Of a DNA stretch of 20,000 nt, positions 1 to 9,434 are shown in pieces (position 1 is the first letter of the stretch; each line of letters starts with the position of its first letter). The DNA comes from Hydrurus foetidus. Taxonomy: Eukaryota. Position numbers and translations under genes: made by a program. Location: contig UYFQ01000596.1 of the NCBI GenBank assembly GCA_900617105.1, positions 46,367 to 66,366 on the forward strand. The letters run 5' to 3'. The notes beneath the pieces are model-generated. The model was given only the letters and a program-made list of their open reading frames with translations. It ran no database searches and was not told where the DNA came from.

Positions 1-559
1 GCAAGAAGTATCGCTGTACAATAGCCGTCCACTGGATCTCAACAAAAGGTTCGTGATTAAACATTCTTGATTTCCATAGCTGGCACCACTCAGCACGCAA
101 TAGCGGCAGGTGGTCGCCGCTTTCGTCATCTTGGAGTTGTAACCTCGCTTCTTTCCGCTCGGAGATTGATTTGAAAAGCGGAAATTTTGCGACACTCACA
201 GGGGTCGCGGCGACAGGATCATAAATGTGCTTGGAGTGCAACTTGAAAGTTACATTGAAGAGAGGGTCAAACTCGTTGATGACCTCATCCCATAGTGCAG
301 TTGGATTTATGACAGTCACCGATATTGTGCTACCAGAGTCCCGATCTTTGCCGCTAAAAATCGTTCGATGTAATCCCCGGTCACTACTGATACATTGATC
401 GCTGAACACGGTCTGACAAGCCTCAAGAAATATGGCGTTTATAGTTTGTCCACTCTCAAAATTATCCTCCACCCGGTAAAATGATAGTGATGTCGCTGCT
501 GCAGGAGACAACGGCAGCGCAGTATCGGGATCAACAAGAGCTAACTTCAAAGAGACCAT
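1..559 (-). CDS. 5' part of a hypothetical protein gene, open to the window edge (186 codons, MVSLKLALVDPDT...)
   Basis: ATG at 559-557 in a CAAAATGG context. Manual translation shows no stop down to position 1, so it is absent from the ORF track. No recognisable domain. Confidence 0.55.
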   Translation of the reverse strand, partial: MVSLKLALVDPDTALPLSPAAATSLSFYRVEDNFESGQTINAIFLEACQTVFSDQCISSDRGLHRTIFSGKDRDSGSTISVTVINPTALWDEVINEFDPLFNVTFKLHSKHIYDPVAATPVSVAKFPLFKSISERKEARLQLQDDESGDHLPLLRAEWCQLWKSRMFNHEPFVEIQWTAIVQRYFL

Positions 560-1423
560 TTTGACGGGGGAAAAGACTTCGGTAAACGATTCGGGAAGAT
601 GACGATGCTGGACAGTTGCTGTAAATGTTGAACCATGAAGTTTCTATGTCTAGTGTGCGACGCGCAATGGAATGTGACGATCGATAATGAACATCGAGGG
701 AGAATCGAGAGTCAGAGATTGGGATCGTGGGTTTGATTCCGTATCAGGAATTTTTGATTAATTGTATGGTACAAGATCCCTGACTTGGAATTAGGTCCGA
801 GGTCCTCACACACATTACATGTTATACTATCTCTCAAACGACGGAGACAAAAATAAAAATTTCTGTCTCACCAAAGTAGCCAAATTTGTTCTGCAATTTG
901 CCCTAAAGGGTTAGAAGCCAAGCTATCCGTATCCAAACATGTTTTGGAAGATATTTTTGGAGCTAGAACTCGGCTCAGTTGAAGACAAATGCTTTATAAA
1001 AAATCGTTTCAGTCTTCGATATTCAGTAACGCTCCGATGCCAGCTACTGTGTACCACACATACCGCTTATATAATCGATAAGAGCAAAATCTGTCTTAAT
1101 CTTGTACCACATTTGATTTATATCACAAACTGCCGATTATAAAATTGGCCAGTCAAAAAGGAAAAGCCTAACCTGACGTAAGTAGCGCATTTCAGACTAG
1201 CCTGGAGCCAGTAAGCATGCATTGGGTAGGCTGGGAGGGCTTAAATTAACAATATCCCTAAGTTTCGCGAATCTCAAAAAGTTTCGTGGTTTGGCCGTGA
1301 GGGGGGGGGGGTACGCGATTATTTTAGATAATACTCCGCCGCCCAGGGTACAAGATCCTAGTCTAATCCGGACAGAACTGGTCTGAAACTTGAAACTCTC
1401 TATCGAGTTACAGTAGCAGTTCC

Positions 1424-1814
1424 TCTTCGAATAAGTCTGCCTTTCGGATCCTGGATCCAGTCAGAGCACCTGGTTGATAGCAGTGGTTCGTTCAGAACAC
1501 ACTTTGCTTTCAGCTAGTCGACCAAGTCGTTCCAACAGCTCACTCAAGTGTAGGTATAATGGCTCACAGCCATATAGTCTCTTTTAATTAGAAGTGCTCA
1601 TCATGTCAAAACAAAGCAGTTCATGGCTAGCTATACTAGCTATAGTTGACTGTTCACAGTCATCATCAGTTGCAACTTCCAGTACAGTTCGAGTGATGGT
1701 CTTGAGTCTGAAAACGCTACCCTCGCTCCTCCGCTTGGGCTTAGATGATATTACCCCAAAGGGATTTCCCCCAAGGGGATCGTCCCCGTAGGGATAGCTA
1801 TGCTATATCCAACA
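1424..1814 (-). repeat. E1 3' LTR (391 bp; sense ends TGTTGG...TTCGAAGA)
   Basis: Identical to 6913-7303 except at 1428 and 1445; bounded by the TSD and the PPT. Confidence 0.95.
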
Positions 1815-1824
1815 CACCCCTAAT
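1815..1824 (-). other. E1 polypurine tract (ATTAGGGGTG)
   Basis: G-rich tract abutting the TGTTGG start of the 3' LTR; E3 has the same GGGGTG ending. Confidence 0.8.
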
Positions 1825-1978
1825 GTCATAAGCATTCAGGCGGTACATTTGTATTTCCTCGTGAAAATGTAACACAAATCATGTTTGTATCTATCGTAAG
1901 CTATAGTGATCAGACAAGTTTTGTTGCTAATAAAAATTTGAAAAAATAGCTCAACTGTAAGTCAATAATGTGAAGTAC

Positions 1979-4900
1979 TTAATTTCCTAAAATTTTCTTC
2001 ACCATCTTGGAAAAAACTGTTCCTTGCAATGGTTTTGTGAAGTAATCAGACGTCATATCCTCGGTTGGAACGTAGACAATGTTTACAGCACCGATGCGGA
2101 TGTAGTCTGATATCCAGAATTTTCGCACCTCAATGAACCGGGTGGTTTCTGCGGTAGACCGACCTTTTGTAAGCAGCGTGATGCATGATTGATTGTCTTG
2201 TTCCAGCCTCACTGGAATCTTGCCGTGTCCTTGGTAAGCAATAAATCCTGCAAGCCAGAGCGGAATGTTCATGCCGTCAGATACTGCAATGATCTCAGAC
2301 TCTGTACTTGACTTGGAATTTAGCTTCTGGACCTTGGAACTCGAAATGAAATTCCCCACCCCTAATGTGACACACATTCCTGAGGTTGATTTCATCAAAT
2401 CACGGTTGGCAAATGCAGCATCAATGGATACTGTTACTGTCGGGGGCAAAGTACACCCCAGTCGTAATGGCTTGTCTCTGGTAGCCCTCAGATAGCATAT
2501 GAGCCTATCGAGTTTCTTGTCGTCTTCAATTGTTGGTGCCTTTACACGTTTGCAAAGTTCACCCAACACTAATACAATGTCTGGGCGAGTTCGGTTCCCC
2601 AGGTAGAGTGCTGTAGCAACGTCGGTATGGAAGGTTTTAGCATCTTTCTCACTTAGGAATTCGCAGTCCAAGGTCCGCTCAAATAGGTGTGGGGCACCCG
2701 GTGATGATGGGTTCCCGATGAGCTTCATACCTCGTTCAGCATGGCTCTTTTCCCTTGATGAGATCAGATCTTGAATCATTCCAATCTGCGTGACGTTCAC
2801 AAATCCTGGCTCATTGTAATCCCACATGCATCCTAGGTACGGTAGAACTCGCTCTTGAGTGGTACGAAATTGACCGTACGTTCTCAGCAAAATTTGCTCC
2901 ATGTCAAGAACCGCTTTCTTGTCCACACACGTCATCTTTAAGTCATCTACGTAGACTAGGATCGTGAATTGGTTGCCTTTGACGTCCTTATTAAAGACGC
3001 AAATATCGCGCGGGTTAGCCGTGAAACCATTGGACCGTAAAGTTCCGGCTATTTCGTTATACCAGAGTTTGGCGGACTCGATACACCCGTAAAGTGCTTT
3101 GTCTAGTCTCACTACTAGGCCTCCATTGTGTCTTCTGTAACGTAAGAAAGAGATGTCTTGTTTGATGATTGCGTCGGCCACATTCTTATCAATATACATA
3201 TGGAGTATTTTATCCGGTTTTTCCATCGGCATATCAGCGTTGAGGTATGCGGACCCAACGTCCCCGACCATGACGAAACGGTTTTCTACAGCAGCAATCT
3301 GTGCAACTGTAAAGATGGCAGCTATGCTCGCTGTTGGTGATTCAACTTCATCTGGTGCATAGTCCTCTCTAACTTGAGCACGCCCGTCCACACAGAACCG
3401 CGCCTTGACCTTGTCGATTTGGCGATCACCATCAGAGTTTACCGTTGGAAGGTATTTCTCCACAACATTCATGTTTGAACGCAGTATCTTCTGCTTCTGT
3501 GTAGGCGACAGTTGTTCCATGTGCACCCCCGAAAATGTCCCCTTTGCAAGTAGTGATTTGACCTCTGACTCAATTGCTGCAGTAGCCTTGTCCGGAAAAA
3601 GTTTCAGTGCCCGAGTAACTGTCATAAATGACCACTCACCCCTAATTCCTTCTTTCTGCGTTGGAATAGGTAGTTTGTCGGCTACTAAGTTGAGTCGGTC
3701 TGGTGGCTTTCTGGTTCTCGTTGATTTCTGGCGCATTTCAACAGGTGCACTGGGTACGTACGTACGCACAGTGGTAGTAGGTGGTGCCGCTGGTTGCTCC
3801 TCCGGTACTGCTTCAAATGTAGTTTCTGGTCCGGATACTTCGTCAGAAGCTGGGATGGTATGGTTTGTGTCGACCGCTGATTCCATTTCACCCCGAATCT
3901 CAATTTGGTCTTGAGTAATTTGAGGTTCCATCACGGTATCAAGCGTGTCGGTCTCATCCGGGAACACCGGTAAAATTGGAGGTGTGTGTCGGAACTGGAT
4001 AGTAGGCTCCTCATCTGAAGGTGTATCCATTATGACCACATCATCAACTGCATCTCCAGTGATGTCTCTATCATGGAATGTGAATGTTGGTTCTTTTGAT
4101 GTGTGTATTTTATTCTTCGATGCCCACCCGTTTACAGTGGTAATGACGAGCGGAGGTATCGGTAACACCACGTAGTGGTTGGCTGATATGACACTCCTTG
4201 TGTCAATGCGCATGAAGGTATGAGTACCTGTTCCATTCATCTTTGGCTCTAGGTATAGGCATCCAATGGTTCGTGGATCCATGCTGTTGCTAAGCACCCT
4301 GCCGGTGACTTGGCAGTATGAGCCGAATGGAGGTCCGATATCTTTTTTCGTGTCAGCCTTTCTGCCGAAGAATGCTTCGAAAGGAGAAATCCTATCTGTT
4401 CTTGTTGATGAGGGAAAGAGCAAAAGCTTCTTCGCCGAGCTCATCACAAGGTGAGGCATGAGTATATCCGGTAGCAAGTATGGTAGACTGAAGATGGTAC
4501 ACCGGATGGTCTCCTTTAAGTGCCTGATCATTCTTTCAATAACATGATCGTGTTGCCCTGGACCAACGGCAATCACCTCTACTCCCATGGCATTCATGTC
4601 ATTGACTAGTGCCGCAATGCCACGTTCATTATCACTTGTAAATTTCACGATGGAAATGCGTCGGGACCCGATGGTACCGAACATGCGCCTGATACTCTGC
4701 CTGAGTACCGGTGTCGTGAGGTTTTCAGTGCATGCTACCAAAACGATTCCCAATGGGTGAGTAATCGATACTAAGTAGGGCTGTCGATTTACAAACATGA
4801 TATCGCAATGCATGTGTTGGTCGTCGAAGTGACGGGCCGTCGTAGGTAGTTGAGGTGGCGTCATAGGCCTCAGCCTGGTAGTGCGTCCTTTGAGTGCAGC

Positions 4901-6886
4901 AGCGTTTGCTCCCCAAATTTCTGTGGCACGCGTGACATCTTCAGGTAAGATGTCGCAGTTTAGAAATGTCCCAGCTCTCAACGCGGAAATGAATTTCTGA
5001 TCTGGTGGGAATCCCAAACTCGCTTGCAAACGGCGTGCATCGATGCTTCTCTGAACTTCGCGTTTCGAGAATTTGGCTTCGTTGGCTTCCGTTGTGGCAA
5101 GTTTTGTAGAGTATAATATGTTCATAGATGATGTTTCTATCACCACGGAGTGAGCATATGCAGTTCTGCGCTCTGCGGCGTCAGAATATCTCGGCTCTGG
5201 AGGCGTTGCCAAATCGTTGACATATAGCCCTCCACGATGTTGAAATTTGTAGGTATTCTGATCAGTATGAAGCAAAAATGCATCTTGATCTATTGTAGAA
5301 CCCTGGCGAAACTCCCAGTTGTGTCCTTGCAGCAGACAATCCGATGCCGAGATGATGGAGAGTCCAGCACGTGGGTCGAAGTGAACGATGCCAATGTCGC
5401 GAAGGTTTGCTGTTTTAGTTACAGTGAGAGAACCATGCAAGCCATTGAATACAGTTGGAGTGCATGTCACAATGTTACTCAGCACATCTGCACATGTGAT
5501 GATGGTGCCTGTAGCTCCTGTGTCGAAGATGGCCTCCGATGTACTTCGTTGATTGATGTTACGGTTGGCGGAAAAATCGGTCCGAGGACCGAGGGTTGCG
5601 AGTTTCACCGGTGAGGTGGTGTAGCACACACTACAGTTCCTTTCGCCATATTGATTCTTGTCATCCTCTTGATCCCACATTTGGCCAAAAGCAGTGTAGA
5701 CATCATCTGAAGCACTGGAGTCAACTCCGTCAGTTTGTCTCCTGGCCAAATATGATATTTGTGGGGCTGAAGGGGGCTCTCCAGCGGCCTTCTTTCTGCA
5801 CTCACTAGCACGATGCCCAGCCTTTCCACAGTGGTAACACGTTCCACTGAATTTACCCTCCTTCACATCTTTAGCAAACGTGACTTTAGGTTCCTTGATT
5901 TTCGCTGGGTTAATTTTCTTGGCTTTTTCTTTGACGGGTGATTTCTCTCCCTTTGGGGACCCACCCGGTTTGACGGGGTTCTTCGCTGCAAGTGCCGTAT
6001 GGGGGTCACTATCGCTGATTGCAATGCGCTACCCTTTGTCCCACGATGGAATCTAGTTGCTCCATTAATTGCCTCCACCAGAGTCTTCGGATAGATGTCA
6101 ATTGCGGTGCACTCCAGGGAATTACTGAGGTAGTTTTTGTAGTCGTGGTAGACCTGCACGGTACTACTCAGACCATCAATGAACCTCATAGATTGTTGTT
6201 TTGCATCTGGAATTTGTGCTGCTGGAACTCCTGTTGCAGCGAGTCGATCAAAAGCTTCACCGCACGACGTCCGTACGTTACGATGTCTTCGCCCGTACTC
6301 ATGGTGAGTGTATACCAATCCCGTAGGGCCTGGGACCGCTCTAATTCCTGATTCCCATCACATCTTGATGTGACTACTGACTTGATTACATCAAGTAGTC
6401 CAAGTGGGTCGTCAAATTTGACAGCGATGAAGTTTGCCTCCACTACCAGAATTGCATTGAGTGATGGTGAACACATCGATCGAATCAGTCGATAAGCTGA
6501 TCTACGGTCCTCCATTTGCTTTCTCCTCATCTTTGTCACGACCGCTCTGTCGTTATTCAGGTCTGCCATTATTAACTTGGCTCGAAATCCTTTTGGATCA
6601 GTGATTTCGTCCAACGCCTCCAATGCAGTGAAGTCTGGTTCCGAAAATAGGTACACCTCGTAGGCCGGTTTTAGGGTCAGCATCATAGGGTCGGGACAGA
6701 TCGACTCGAGATCCTGAAAGTTGACTCTCATGTACTCTTTCAGTCTCTGAATGTTATCGTCCCATTCTTTCCACCCGTTGTGAGTGATCTCAGGGAGACT
6801 CTCTGGCCTCACACCATCTCCAGGCGTGGTTTTTCGGCCTTCTCAGATTTGGATTGGGCAGCGCCCTTCTCGCCTTGCTTGCTCAT
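1979..6886 (-). CDS. E1 Gag-Pol polyprotein, with three apparent 1-nt frameshifts in gag
   Basis: ATG at 6886; zinc knuckle CYHCGKAGHRASEC; protease IFDTGAT; integrase D-D-E (HCDIMF/TSDNE/IERMIR); RT KALYG and YVDD; RNase H IDAAF/QDNQS/SDYFTKPL. The frame breaks at homopolymers 6830-6834, 6250-6253 and 6001-6005. Confidence 0.93.
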
Positions 6887-6901
6887 TCTGAGCAGCTCAC
6901 G

Positions 6902-6912
6902 ACTTCTAATTA
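6902..6912 (-). other. E1 primer-binding-site position: TAATTAGAAGT, non-tRNA-like and complementary to its own LTR
   Basis: Directly follows the 5' LTR; does not start with TGG; exact reverse complement of LTR sense sequence ACTTCTAATTA (7084-7074). Confidence 0.8.
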
Positions 6913-7303
6913 TCTTGGAATAAGTCTGCCTTTTGGATCCTGGATCCAGTCAGAGCACCTGGTTGATAGCAGTGGTTCGTTCAGAACACACTTTGCTTTC
7001 AGCTAGTCGACCAAGTCGTTCCAACAGCTCACTCAAGTGTAGGTATAATGGCTCACAGCCATATAGTCTCTTTTAATTAGAAGTGCTCATCATGTCAAAA
7101 CAAAGCAGTTCATGGCTAGCTATACTAGCTATAGTTGACTGTTCACAGTCATCATCAGTTGCAACTTCCAGTACAGTTCGAGTGATGGTCTTGAGTCTGA
7201 AAACGCTACCCTCGCTCCTCCGCTTGGGCTTAGATGATATTACCCCAAAGGGATTTCCCCCAAGGGGATCGTCCCCGTAGGGATAGCTATGCTATATCCA
7301 ACA
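6913..7303 (-). repeat. E1 5' LTR (391 bp; sense ends TGTTGG...TTCCAAGA)
   Basis: Direct repeat of 1424-1814, followed on the + strand by TSD GTTCC. Confidence 0.95.
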
Positions 7304-7528
7304 GTTCCCGTTGGCAATTACCGTGTCGAAATTTCCGTGATTCTGGTTGTTGTCAAAATCCTAATCTCACTTCAAAATGGCAAAAGAGTAGGCACTCGAC
7401 GGTCGACGGTATATGCTCCAGATTGGAGATGATCTCCAGCTCCAATTCCAGTTCAATTTCATGCTGTGCACTTAGGAGTAGAGAGTTACAAGAAAATCTA
7501 ATGAAATTGATTTGCGCTTGAAGTACTG

Positions 7529-8479
7529 ATGCACAACCGTGTTGCTATCAGCGAAGATAAAATCCTTGATGCTTATCCCGTGTCTAGGGTCACACCTGCA
7601 GCTCTTCATCATGATATGTTCGCACTCAATTTTAGAAATAAAAATCCCATAATTCTCGACGGTGCAGCGCTGCCATGGTTCGGAATCTGTGGCTGTACCG
7701 ACGATCCGGCAGAAAAAGTGATTGAGAACCTCGAGGAATGTGAAGCTGAAATGTTACTAGCTCTGGATGGAAAGAATTTCCTGCAGCGTTCACTGTGCAG
7801 CAGCAGAGAAGTAAATCTCAAAGAGGAAACGAGGAAAATCTTTTCGGAACATGGCATCTTTCAATCCCGCGAAAATCTATCTGTGGAATCGGTACCACAG
7901 CGGAAGTATATTCGCATTTACTTTGACTCGCACACGAAGCTGCTTCACAGAATTGATCTATCTTACTTAAAATCATTGGCCACAAATGCCTCTCCTACCA
8001 CAACCTCGATTGTCACGGAGCCCAGGGAAAACAAGTCTGATTGTATTGTGCCATTTAAACTGAGGAATATCGGTTTGTGGATGAGCAGTGAAGGATGCGT
8101 GACACCTCTCCATTTCGATAAATGTCACGGTTTTCTCGCTCAGATAATTGGCATCAAAACCTTTTTGTTGGCATCAAGTGCAGAGTCTGACTTGTTGCGA
8201 TACTGGAGGGAAGAAAGCGATGGTTACTACGAGAACGGAACCACTAGCTCTGTCAATCTTGGGCTCTGGCTCGAAGGGAATATCAATGAGAGGGTAAAAC
8301 ACCCGCTTATTGAAGATGTGGCGTGGTTTATTGCAAAACTCTGTCCTGGTGACATACTCTACACACCTCCAGGCTGGTGGCACTATGTGATCAGTGAGAC
8401 AGCATCTGCATCTATACTAATCCCTTTTGATCCGCAGCCATCTACTGAGACTCTGCCGAGGAACGTCCTGCTTTCCTGA
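7529..8479 (+). CDS. JmjC/cupin-like 2-oxoglutarate Fe(II) oxygenase (JMJD5/FIH-like)
   Basis: 316-aa ORF with LWM, the TPLHFD HxD motif, QIIGIKTF, and LCPGDILYTPPGWWHYV carrying the distal His. Start codon uncertain. Confidence 0.85.
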   Translation: MHNRVAISEDKILDAYPVSRVTPAALHHDMFALNFRNKNPIILDGAALPWFGICGCTDDPAEKVIENLEECEAEMLLALDGKNFLQRSLCSSREVNLKEETRKIFSEHGIFQSRENLSVESVPQRKYIRIYFDSHTKLLHRIDLSYLKSLATNASPTTTSIVTEPRENKSDCIVPFKLRNIGLWMSSEGCVTPLHFDKCHGFLAQIIGIKTFLLASSAESDLLRYWREESDGYYENGTTSSVNLGLWLEGNINERVKHPLIEDVAWFIAKLCPGDILYTPPGWWHYVISETASASILIPFDPQPSTETLPRNVLLS

Positions 8480-9434
8480 AGATGATGCGCATCGCATTCA
8501 TCAGCGATACTTGAGAGGAGGCAAATGCATGGCAGTTCAACTATTTTTCAACTATTTTTCAGTTCTTATGATGAAATTTTCTTTTAAGAAATTGCCGCAT
8601 TTGCGAGAAACGTAAGCGCAAGGAAAATCGTGGCATGCTTCGGGATTTGTCCTGAGACAGTTATTTGTCATTTTAATTTTTTGTGTTCGTATTGAAGGGG
8701 TATTTACCAATGATGGTGCTCGACAGACTAGATCTTCTAAAAATGATATCAGCTGTTGGTCCGAGGCATCGACGTTGCTGGACGGCGCACGTTGAGAGGA
8801 TGTCAGATTACGCCCATTGTCGTGATTGAAGTGCCATGAGTGGAAATTTAAAGTCTCATTTGTGATGGAGAAAAATAATGGAGGATACTGCTGAACGTGA
8901 TATGGAAAGTTTTATAAATCCTGCTGGGAAGACAGCAGTTCTTCTAATCTTACATGTCACACCTTGAAAGTCATCTGCCTTATCAACTGTTATCTATTAA
9001 TCTTTGATGCAATCCACTACACGGATTAGACGGCAGCCGCGATTGGAAGAACCCGCGGATTCTGAAAGCAGGAATCCGAATTGCAGGGGAATCCGAAATA
9101 AAGCTGTTAATCTCGAGCTTGATCGGATCTGCAGCATTGTTCTGCAGACACAGTTTTCAGTTTTCAGTATAAAGTAATACCGTATAGTTATCCGTATCGT
9201 TTTCTATTATCAGAGAGACCAGTACTTACGCCTAAAATACATGAAAAAGTTCGAAAAATCGCATGAAAAAGCACTTTCAGAACATAAATAGTGCTTTGTT
9301 ATCTGTCAATCCAATTGCAGTTATCCCATAAAGGGAAAAGCTCCATTACGACTAATCAAATCTCGGGCTCCATTTCTGGTTTCCTCAACGTGAAGCTGAA
9401 GGTTTCGAGACAAGATAGCATCTGTAGACACAGG

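Larger units (their letters stand above)
1424..7303 (-). mobile_element. E1: full-length Ty1/copia LTR retrotransposon (diatom CoDi-like protein features)
   Basis: Two 391-bp direct repeats at offset 5489; 5-bp TSD GTTCC at 1419-1423 and 7304-7308; domain order gag-CCHC-PR-IN-RT-RH; PPT next to the 3' LTR. Confidence 0.97.

Noticed and set aside
500..559. N-terminus faintly reminiscent of Crinkler-type headers
   Set aside because: No LxLFLAK or HVLV motif visible.
760..1340. Possible MITE or DNA transposon (G-run at 1301-1311, GAGACA...TGTCTC hairpin, 67-aa ORF)
   Set aside because: No terminal inverted repeats or TSD could be defined by eye.
1594..1791. Identical 65-aa ORFs at 1594 and 7083
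   Set aside because: Antisense ORFs inside the two LTR copies with a GTG start; the identity reflects LTR duplication.
2265..5808. Numerous short + strand ORFs over E1 pol, and similar antisense ORFs over E2 and E3
   Set aside because: Shadow ORFs of long coding frames with no motifs.
6907..6912. TAATTA palindrome alone as the priming or dimer signal
   Set aside because: Only 6 bp; it does not explain the family-specific extension of complementarity to the LTR. Kept only as a secondary possibility.
6944..6966. Alternative LTR end at sense CAACCA followed by GGTGCTCTGAC as a half-tRNA-type PBS
   Set aside because: This sequence is present in both LTRs, and the GTTCC TSD places the boundary at 1424/6913.
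9050..9100. GGAATCCGAA direct repeat and CGGATTC inverted partner
   Set aside because: Too short and too few copies; not an array or a recognisable RNA gene.
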